DNA of 64,000 bases from Candidatus Thorarchaeota archaeon (GTDB lineage: Archaea > Asgardarchaeota > Thorarchaeia > Thorarchaeales > Thorarchaeaceae), in NCBI GenBank assembly GCA_048884965.1, contig JBHLQH010000001.1, positions 128,001 through 192,000 of the forward strand. The letters are read 5' to 3'. Of the stretch, positions 9,436 to 16,952 are shown piece by piece (the stretch's first letter is position 1; every line of letters begins with the position of its first letter). The translations under genes and the position numbers were made by a program. The notes beneath the pieces are model-generated. The model made no database searches and had not been told where the DNA came from. It saw only the letters and a program-made list of their open reading frames with translations.

Positions 9436-10077
9436 TTGATAGAGATGCCAAGCAGAGACTGGGAATATTTTATGGACAATTTCTTTGGAAATCCATACAT
9501 GATGTGGCATGATGGGATCAATCCTGCTGCTGCCAAGTACCTGAAAGGCGAGGAGCGCGAAAAAGGTATTGATATGCTGATCGAGTCTATGGACGAGGGG
9601 AGCTATTGGGCTCCCATGGGATTACGCGAGATGAATGCCGAACGTGCAATTCCTGCGCTCAAGGAACGCCTTCCAAATTCCTATAACCGTCAAACAATCG
9701 AGATTGCTCATGCATTAAACGTACTTGAATCTACGAATGAATATGTCCCGATAATCATCCGCACATTAAGAGAGGCTCCATTTTGGTCCTCTAGAATGGA
9801 TGCTGCAATATTGCTTCGTCAATACAATCTACCTGATGTGGTCGAAGCCCTGTATGACTCAATGCTTGATCCCGACTATCTCGTGAGGAATCATTCATCT
9901 GAATCCCTATTGCACATACACGGATTAGAGGCTTCGATATCGCAGCATAAGGAGATATTTGCAGAGATGATAGTTGAGTTCGATTCCAAGAACCGAGCAA
10001 GTAGCGCTGAGGCTAGGAAGCATTATGCACGGTCTGTTGAACTCCTGAAGGAGTTGATTGCAGCTGAAGGGAAATAG
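9436..10077 (+). CDS. HEAT-repeat protein
   Basis: HEAT_2-like units (RMDAAILL...VVEALYDSMLDPDYLVRNHSSESL). Confidence 0.75.
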   Translation: MIEMPSRDWEYFMDNFFGNPYMMWHDGINPAAAKYLKGEEREKGIDMLIESMDEGSYWAPMGLREMNAERAIPALKERLPNSYNRQTIEIAHALNVLESTNEYVPIIIRTLREAPFWSSRMDAAILLRQYNLPDVVEALYDSMLDPDYLVRNHSSESLLHIHGLEASISQHKEIFAEMIVEFDSKNRASSAEARKHYARSVELLKELIAAEGK

Positions 10078-10081
10078 GGAC

Positions 10082-11956
10082 TCATCGTTTCTTCAACCAT
10101 TTCCGTCCATACCAAAGCATTCCGGTAAGTACGAAGACGCCGATTGAAAGTCCCATCGGTATCACTGTGAGCATTGGTCCGTCGAACACCAATGGGTCGT
10201 TTCCTGAGCGGTATTCATAGAGATTCTCCATGGTGTCTCCATCAGGATCCTCAAAGGCATCATCTCGTAAAGGATCGAGCCCATGAGATACTTCCCATCC
10301 ATCCAACATGAGGTCAGAATCCGAGTCGGGATTGAAGAGGTCTGTACCAGCAAGATACTCACCGAGATTGTTCAGCCCATCGAAATCCGGGTCTTTGTTT
10401 CCATCCTTAACTAAGGGGTTGAGACCGACCTGAATCTCAAACGCATCATCGATGCCGTCATCATCAGTGTCTGCTTTATTGAAAGCGGTTCCATAGATGT
10501 ACAATTCATCATAGTCCGAGAGGGAATCATTATCCTGATCCGAGTTATGGGGGTCAGAACCGATTTCTTCCTCCTCAGCATCACTGATACCATCATTGTC
10601 TGAATCGACCTGAAACGAGTTGTACCACCAATGCTCACTGTCAGGCTCGCTATCACCATCAATGTCAGTCTCGTATTCCATCTCAACATCAAAGTCGATT
10701 AAGCCTGAACCAGTATTCGTGATGACGATTTCATAGGTGCCCTTCATACCGGTATCCACAGGCATTCGTCCCGGTAATCCGCCTGCAACATTCACCTCAC
10801 GTGATGATACCTGTTGACCTGTGGGGTCTATCAATCTCACCTGAAACGCTACAGCGCTCCCTGATGTGAAGGTCAAATCTAACTCTGTTGCCATGCTCAT
10901 CTCAACGAAGAGGGTTCGGGAGGATGATGTTCCAAGGTTCTCAATCTCATGTTTCTCATGAAATAGCTGATTTTGTTCTCTACTCAAGGCGAAGGCAATA
11001 CTTGCTCCGATACTTGCTGTTGCCTTAGTCGCGAAGTAGTAGTTGTATAGAGGATTCGACCATTTATCATTCTCAGTGTGATAGGCAGAATCCAACCTCC
11101 CCCCTGTTTCGTGGGCAAATATGTTACTCCTGTATCCTACTCGCTCAAACGATGCATGATCCGAGTAGCCCCAAGCAGTTGTCTGACTGGATGGTATCGG
11201 ATTTGTAACTGCTGTGTCATAGTTGTTACCAACAACTCTGGTCATCTCCGCCCAGTACTGAGCGTCATGGAATCCTGCGCCTCTCTCAGCTGCATAGAGC
11301 ATACTGATTTTCTGAGCTACTGGAAGTGATGAATCTACTACTAAGAGCATGTCGATGTTATAGTGAATCAGAATATCTATCTCATCAGTGTAGAACTGAT
11401 TAGCAATTTCGAATGAACCATGGAGGCCACCCTCCTCTGCATTCCAGAAGCAGAAGTAGATATCCAGTGGCCAGCTATACATTGAAAGGACCCGCGCGAG
11501 CTCCAAAGTTGTTGCTACACCCGAGCCATCATCATTCGCTCCAGGGGCGACATCGATGGTATCGAAATGACCACCTATCATGACTGCAGGTCCCGTGCTG
11601 CCCATACTTCCTGGGAGCTTCCCTATTACATTATCATAGCTTCCCCGCACCTGACCGACTATCCTCCCGTTTGTAAGATTCTGGAGCCTATCCAATATCC
11701 AATCGATGGTTTCATCATTTTCGGGCGTGCCATAGAGCTTAGGACCAATCTCTGAGAACTCCCTAACCAAGCTTTCATAGGATGACTGGGAAACGCGATT
11801 GTAGACTTCCTGTGCTCTATCTGAGGCGTATGAAATCGAAGAGGTCTCAATTGATCCGCCTAGATCATAAGCAACATAGGTAGTACCACCACCACTAAGT
11901 GGGAATACGAGTAGTGAAGAAAGAATAAGAACCAAAACATATCGTGGTGCTATCAT
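10082..11956 (-). CDS. Membrane-anchored M28 metallopeptidase with Asp-rich Ca-binding (TSP3-like) repeats
   Basis: Signal peptide; M28 ligands GHFD, GANDDGSG, NAEE, NIDM, SDH and YH; about 7 DxDxDG..E...G.DP repeats; C-terminal TM helix with basic tail. Confidence 0.9.
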   Translation of the reverse strand: MIAPRYVLVLILSSLLVFPLSGGGTTYVAYDLGGSIETSSISYASDRAQEVYNRVSQSSYESLVREFSEIGPKLYGTPENDETIDWILDRLQNLTNGRIVGQVRGSYDNVIGKLPGSMGSTGPAVMIGGHFDTIDVAPGANDDGSGVATTLELARVLSMYSWPLDIYFCFWNAEEGGLHGSFEIANQFYTDEIDILIHYNIDMLLVVDSSLPVAQKISMLYAAERGAGFHDAQYWAEMTRVVGNNYDTAVTNPIPSSQTTAWGYSDHASFERVGYRSNIFAHETGGRLDSAYHTENDKWSNPLYNYYFATKATASIGASIAFALSREQNQLFHEKHEIENLGTSSSRTLFVEMSMATELDLTFTSGSAVAFQVRLIDPTGQQVSSREVNVAGGLPGRMPVDTGMKGTYEIVITNTGSGLIDFDVEMEYETDIDGDSEPDSEHWWYNSFQVDSDNDGISDAEEEEIGSDPHNSDQDNDSLSDYDELYIYGTAFNKADTDDDGIDDAFEIQVGLNPLVKDGNKDPDFDGLNNLGEYLAGTDLFNPDSDSDLMLDGWEVSHGLDPLRDDAFEDPDGDTMENLYEYRSGNDPLVFDGPMLTVIPMGLSIGVFVLTGMLWYGRKWLKKR

Positions 11957-11982
11957 TGAGGAGTCTCCAGGGGTTAAACAGT

Positions 11983-11996
11983 AGACAGTACTGTCT
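11983..11996. promoter_or_regulatory. Perfect 14-bp palindrome (candidate operator) between divergent M28 peptidase and nadE
   Basis: AGACAGT|ACTGTCT, just downstream of a TATA-like TTAAAC at 11974-11979. Confidence 0.45.
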
Positions 11997-12017
11997 CACA
12001 ATCACAAAAAAAGGAAC

Positions 12018-12139
12018 TGGACTCAGCAAAAAGGATGTCGGCGAACTCTGCCCCGCCTCTTCTACTAAGGCAGGCGTTGCCTTCTTCACTGGCAACAAAA
12101 GACATTACTAGCTTCTGTTGGCTTAGGCTGGTGAGTCCA
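12018..12139 (+). ncRNA. Candidate structured cis-regulatory 5' leader (riboswitch-like) of nadE
   Basis: Hand-folded nested stems: 12018-12025/12132-12139, 12034-12039/12101-12106, 12076-12081/12091-12096, 12055-12058/12068-12071 and 12107-12114/12125-12132. The SD-like GGTGAG (12130-12135) lies inside the paired region, 6 nt before the ATG at 12142. Confidence 0.5.
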
Positions 12140-12141
12140 CA

Positions 12142-13812
12142 ATGAAGATAGCCATGGTTCAATTAAATCCTATCGTCGGTGATATCGAAGGGAACTTCTC
12201 GAAGATTCTTCAAGGTATCCAATCATGTCGTGATGTGGGTGCAGATATTGTGACATTCCCTGAGATGATCATAACGGGATATCCTCCACAAGATCTCCTC
12301 TATGAGCAATCTTTCCTTCACCTGAACAAGACCAAAGCTCTTTCCTTGGCTACGCATTCGAATGGTATTGTCTTGGTGGTAGGTTTCGTGGACTTTGATG
12401 AGCATGGGGACCTCTATAATTCAGCCGCAGTCTTTCAGGATGGCGTGTTGCTACGAGTTATTCACAAGACCCTGTTACCAACCTATGACGTGTTTGATGA
12501 AGAAAGATATTTTGAACCTGGTCCGATTGATGATATTTACCCCGTACGTACCATTATCCGTGGAAGAACAATTAATCTTGGCATCGAGATATGTGAGGAC
12601 CTCTGGGATCATGATTATGATATCAAAGTGACCAAAATCCTATGCACAAGGGGAGCTAACGCCATCATCAATATCTCATCCTCTCCCTTTCATATTGGGA
12701 AACGATTCGAGCGTCAAGAGCTGATAGTAGAGAAAGCAAAAGAGAACAAGGTTCCTGTGATGCTTGTGAATGTTGTTGGAGGTCAGGATGAACTAGTCTT
12801 CGATGGCCAAAGTATAGCCGTGGATGCAGAAGGTCAGATAATCGCTATTGGTCCACAATTCAATGAAGATATTATAATGGTTGAATTCGATGACGCGACC
12901 GGAGTGGGAACATCCATCAGTCTGCCTGAGTACAGCAAAGAAACTGAGATGTATAACGCATTGGTCTTGGGCATTCGAGATTATTTCAGAAAGACTGGTT
13001 TCAAGAGAGCTGTACTGGGCCTGAGTGGAGGCATTGATTCCGCCCTTACTGCTTGTATTGCAACTGATGCATTAGGGCCTGAGAATGTGATCGGAGTATC
13101 TATGCCTTCTAGATTCTCTAGTGACCATAGCAAGAGCGACGCAGAAGAACTTGCGAAGAATCTAGGCATCAAGTACCTACAAGTTGCGATTCAAGATGTT
13201 GTAGATGCATATCACGAGTCTCTTACTGCACCTCTTGAAGAACTCCGAGCACATTTTGGTATTGATGTCGCTCAAGACGACCCCGTGGCTGATGAGAACA
13301 TTCAGCCTCGGGTCAGAGGAAACATCCTCATGGATTTCTCAAATAGACTAAGAGACCTCCATATTCTTGTCCTGAACACTGGGAATAAGACAGAGCTTGC
13401 ACTTGGTTATTGCACACTCTACGGTGACATGACTGGAGGTGTCGGTGTAATAGGCGATGTAAGCAAGCTAGAAGTCTACAAGCTCTCAGAGTATGTCAAT
13501 AGGAAAGCAGGTCGAACTATTATTCCAGTAGGTTCACTTACGAAGAAACCCTCTGCTGAGCTCAAACATGACCAATATGATCCGTTTGACTTTGATATTG
13601 TGAGTCCTATGGTGGATGAGATTGTTGAACACAGGAAAGGGAAACAGGAACTTCTAGATATGGGGTATCCTCGCGAAATAGTTGAGGATGTCTATCGCCG
13701 TGTAAGGTTGGCGGAATACAAGAGATGGCAAGCACCACCTTGCATCCGCATTACTCGAAAATCCTTCGGTATTGGATGGAAGATGCCTATTGTCAATCAT
13801 TTCAGAGAATAG
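12142..13812 (+). CDS. nadE: Glutamine-dependent NAD+ synthetase
   Basis: N-terminal nitrilase-type glutaminase (FPE, K..LP.Y.VFDE.RYF, ICEDLW) plus synthetase domain (GLSGGIDS, ENIQPRVR, TGNKTE..LGY.TLYGD, PSAEL, EYKR.QAP). Confidence 0.97.
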   Translation: MKIAMVQLNPIVGDIEGNFSKILQGIQSCRDVGADIVTFPEMIITGYPPQDLLYEQSFLHLNKTKALSLATHSNGIVLVVGFVDFDEHGDLYNSAAVFQDGVLLRVIHKTLLPTYDVFDEERYFEPGPIDDIYPVRTIIRGRTINLGIEICEDLWDHDYDIKVTKILCTRGANAIINISSSPFHIGKRFERQELIVEKAKENKVPVMLVNVVGGQDELVFDGQSIAVDAEGQIIAIGPQFNEDIIMVEFDDATGVGTSISLPEYSKETEMYNALVLGIRDYFRKTGFKRAVLGLSGGIDSALTACIATDALGPENVIGVSMPSRFSSDHSKSDAEELAKNLGIKYLQVAIQDVVDAYHESLTAPLEELRAHFGIDVAQDDPVADENIQPRVRGNILMDFSNRLRDLHILVLNTGNKTELALGYCTLYGDMTGGVGVIGDVSKLEVYKLSEYVNRKAGRTIIPVGSLTKKPSAELKHDQYDPFDFDIVSPMVDEIVEHRKGKQELLDMGYPREIVEDVYRRVRLAEYKRWQAPPCIRITRKSFGIGWKMPIVNHFRE

Positions 13813-13814
13813 GT

Positions 13815-14501
13815 CTATGCGCCAAGTATTAGCCTCTCAATGATGAAGTAGAAGAAGCTGGCATTTCCAATATACATGACCATTATGATGAATGCCATTA
13901 CAAGTCTATGTAGGATGGCCATCTTTCTAGTCATTAAATAGCCTATGTATGTTGATAGCCCTAATATCAATTCAGGAATGATGATGTAGATTGCAACATT
14001 TCCAATCATGAGGACATCATGTGCGTACCATGACCCAAGCATCCAAAGAGTCGCTTCAGAACCTCCAAACAGCAAAAGAGACATGATCAATATCGAGACG
14101 GTGGTCATCGGAACACCTTTCTCTCTTACAAGAAGTCCTGTGTAAACAATTAGAAACAATGGAATGACCCATAATCCAGCCATATAGATTGGTACTGCAC
14201 CAATCATTGGGAACCCATCTACTGGAAAAGATAGGACCTCAAGTTGTGAAGCGAGGAACCAATCGGGAAAGATCATCAAAACACTGATTGGGAAAACAAA
14301 TGTCCAGACCTCTAGCCATTCTTTGTGATCCCTAACCTGTGCCCAGAGAGGCAATAGGATGTTGTAGAGAATGACTACAATTAGTAATCTTGCACCAATG
14401 GCAACATCTTGAAAGATTGCAAGAACAAGAGCTGTTGGTATTGCGAATACAATGTTCATCAGAATAAGATCCAGAATCGGTTTTTCTTTGAATCTCTCCA
14501 T
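13815..14501 (-). CDS. Conserved multi-pass membrane protein of unknown function
   Basis: About 7 TM helices with a conserved-looking PDWFL...FP..G.P.IG.VP.YMAGLW.IP segment. Confidence 0.7.
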   Translation of the reverse strand: MERFKEKPILDLILMNIVFAIPTALVLAIFQDVAIGARLLIVVILYNILLPLWAQVRDHKEWLEVWTFVFPISVLMIFPDWFLASQLEVLSFPVDGFPMIGAVPIYMAGLWVIPLFLIVYTGLLVREKGVPMTTVSILIMSLLLFGGSEATLWMLGSWYAHDVLMIGNVAIYIIIPELILGLSTYIGYLMTRKMAILHRLVMAFIIMVMYIGNASFFYFIIERLILGA

Positions 14502-14556
14502 AATTCACACCTAGCGATATGGGATTGCAGCGAGGCTAAAGGTTCTTTCTGATTCT

Positions 14557-15876
14557 CTATTCCAACGTGATCCAGTCCTTTTGGAGTTGAAGCATTTCAT
14601 CAAGAAATGCATCAATTTGGTCCTTTCTTGGGAAATTAGCGTCTCTTTGAAGTGCTTGTACTGCGAAGTCTCTTGACTTGTGGAGTATTGCATTGACGAC
14701 CAAGTCTTGTACGCCAATCTCTTCTCTTAGTAAATCCACAAGAGGTTCAGGGTAATCTCCAAGTGGAATACCTTGCACTCCTGATTGATCTACGATAGCT
14801 GGACACTCAATAACAGAATCTTCAGGAAGGTTGGCGATTATACCATTATTCGGAAGATTTACAGACATCTCCTGATGCCCACTATTTGATAGAATCCCCT
14901 CAATGATTGGAATTGCCCGTTCATGGTCTGGTTTCACTAGCTTATGTCCTTTCTTTCTCCTGATATTGTAACGAATCTGCCATCCTCTGTATCTTAGACC
15001 TGTTCGATAGAGAAAGTAAAAATTCTTGATACCTCGCATGTTGACCTTATCCTTTGCCCAACCTATGTATTCTCCATAGTGAGAGTCATTGGTATAAGGC
15101 ACATATCCATAGTTCTCAAGGATGTAAAGCGTTAGATCGACAGGATGCAGCAATCTTGAGGCAAAGCTCCATCTCCATCTTTTTAGGAATTTGGCACCTT
15201 TCTCTCTAATCTCGGGGATCAAATCTTCATTGGTTTCCCTATGCTTTGCCTTGATTATGGCTCCCATATGATTCAATCCACCGCACCACAGATCCACTTC
15301 TTCTATTGCTAATTTCAAAACCCTTGGTAGCATATAATCTACTGCTGCAATCTCATGACACAGACCTATTGTCTTTAGATCAGGGTATTTTCTTTTAATC
15401 GCCAAGCAAATTCTAGACATGGGATTGGAATAATTGATGAGTGTGGCATTAGGACAGATTCTCTTGATGTCTTCACAAATATCTAGGATTGGAGGCACCA
15501 CTCGCAATGAATGAAACATCCCGCCTGGACCTCCGTTCTCACCAAAGACCTGAGTGCTACCATATTTCCATGGTATTTTCTTGTCTAGATTCCACCAGTA
15601 GAACCTTGGACCAACTTCGATGGAATTGATGATGAAGTCCGCATCAATCAAAGATTCTTCTCGATTTGTTGAAGCATCCAGTGTAAACTCTAGATTCTCT
15701 ATGTCAATCTTTGATTGACATGCTTCTCTTGCTAAGTTCAAGTTCTCCTCATTTATATCATGAAGGCTAACGTGGGCGCCTGCTAGAATTTTGGAATCGA
15801 AGATGCTTCCACAAGTTCCGAGACCGAAGTTCAGACTACCTGCACCGATTAGAACTATCTTTACTGATGACATCAA
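14557..15876 (-). CDS. Family 4 glycoside hydrolase (NAD+/Mn-dependent, alpha-galactosidase/MelA-like)
   Basis: KIVLIGAGS Rossmann motif, GENGGPGG, NYSNPM, GLCHE and GLNH GH4 motifs. Confidence 0.9.
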   Translation of the reverse strand: MMSSVKIVLIGAGSLNFGLGTCGSIFDSKILAGAHVSLHDINEENLNLAREACQSKIDIENLEFTLDASTNREESLIDADFIINSIEVGPRFYWWNLDKKIPWKYGSTQVFGENGGPGGMFHSLRVVPPILDICEDIKRICPNATLINYSNPMSRICLAIKRKYPDLKTIGLCHEIAAVDYMLPRVLKLAIEEVDLWCGGLNHMGAIIKAKHRETNEDLIPEIREKGAKFLKRWRWSFASRLLHPVDLTLYILENYGYVPYTNDSHYGEYIGWAKDKVNMRGIKNFYFLYRTGLRYRGWQIRYNIRRKKGHKLVKPDHERAIPIIEGILSNSGHQEMSVNLPNNGIIANLPEDSVIECPAIVDQSGVQGIPLGDYPEPLVDLLREEIGVQDLVVNAILHKSRDFAVQALQRDANFPRKDQIDAFLDEMLQLQKDWITLE

Positions 15877-15956
15877 ATTACTCCTTTTCTGAGGTTATCA
15901 GCAGTGCAAGTTGAACCGTAATAAAAGAGTGATGTTTGTCAAACGGAAAGACAGCA

Positions 15957-15968
15957 GAAACTTATAAC
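15957..15968 (+). promoter_or_regulatory. Candidate archaeal BRE/TATA promoter of the VWA gene
   Basis: GAAA-CTTATAAC about 45 nt upstream of the ATG at 16009, with a GAGGT RBS at 15997-16001. Confidence 0.45.
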
Positions 15969-16008
15969 CTCTCACGACGAGGCTCCCACAATTGTTGAGG
16001 TATTAACA

Positions 16009-16890
16009 ATGTCAGAAAGGTTAGGTCAGCTTGATTTGGTGTTTGTTGTTGATAACACTGGATCAATGGGACCATACATCGAACAAACAAAGTCGAAGAT
16101 CCTTGAGATTATACGTACTATCAAGAAGGAAGAACTTTGTCATAGATTAAGAATTGGTCTGGTAGCATACCGCGATCATCCACCGGAGGAGACCAGTTGG
16201 GTTACACAGAAGTTTGAGTTGACCTCCGATACTCACAAGATTGAGGAAAACGTAAAGCAAATGGAAGCATCTGGTGGCGGTGACGGGCCAGAGGCAGTAT
16301 CAACAGCAATGCACGTCACTAATAGAATGGAATTCTTGCGGGATGCTGCAAAGGTCGTTGTACTTGTAGCTGATGCTCCACCTCATGGTGTTGAAGCGAA
16401 TGATCGATGGCCAAAAGGCACTCCCGATGGCGCAAAATGGGACAAAGAGACGAAAGTAGCCTACGAAAAAGGAATCGTCTATCATACTGTTGGATGCTAT
16501 CCTGAGATTGCAGGTTACGAGCATGCTGCAGAAACCTTCCAGAAGATTTCGAAGGACACAGAAGGGATTTTCTTCCCCTTAACTAAAGCTGAAGAACTTG
16601 TAAGACTCATTACAGGTGTAGCGACGGAAGAAATCGATAAGCTTGCTATTCAGAAGGAGATTCTAGAAGAACTTGGAGTAGGCATGGACGAATTCTCAGA
16701 TGAAGAACTAACAGAGGAGAAGGTTCAATCTCTCTTCAGCAGCATCAAATCAAAGGGAATGACAAAAAGAGCTTATAGAGCTGCTCCATCGAGTGCTCCA
16801 TCAAAAGCTGAATACTCTGTGAAGGAAGAGGAAGTCAGTGAGGACGATGTGAGAGAGGCTCTTCGGCAGTTGCGAAAGAAATCAAAGTGA
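16009..16890 (+). CDS. von Willebrand factor A (VWA) domain protein
   Basis: MIDAS-like DLVFVVDNTGSM, VAYRDH, ASGGGDGPEA and LVADAPPHG motifs, with a charged helical C-terminus. Confidence 0.9.
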   Translation: MSERLGQLDLVFVVDNTGSMGPYIEQTKSKILEIIRTIKKEELCHRLRIGLVAYRDHPPEETSWVTQKFELTSDTHKIEENVKQMEASGGGDGPEAVSTAMHVTNRMEFLRDAAKVVVLVADAPPHGVEANDRWPKGTPDGAKWDKETKVAYEKGIVYHTVGCYPEIAGYEHAAETFQKISKDTEGIFFPLTKAEELVRLITGVATEEIDKLAIQKEILEELGVGMDEFSDEELTEEKVQSLFSSIKSKGMTKRAYRAAPSSAPSKAEYSVKEEEVSEDDVREALRQLRKKSK

Positions 16891-16898
16891 TCAATGAA

Positions 16899-16932
16899 GG
16901 CTATAGATTGAGATTTATAGCCCTCCTTTTTT
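16899..16932 (+). terminator. Hairpin + oligo-T terminator after the VWA gene
   Basis: GGCTATA-gattgagatt-TATAGCC followed by CTCCTTTTTT; lies between convergent genes. Confidence 0.65.
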
Positions 16933-16952
16933 ACACGAGATGAAACGAATTG

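Noticed and set aside
12018-12141. Possible 5S rRNA, tRNA, H/ACA guide (stem followed by ACA) or HEARO/omega-RNA (CCAGCCTAAG on the minus strand)
   Set aside because: It lacks the 5S conserved loop C sequence and tRNA T-loop/cloverleaf. I see no K-turn or proper pseudouridylation pocket. The HEARO-like match is only ~10 nt with no IscB/TnpB gene nearby. Kept only as an unclassified structured leader.
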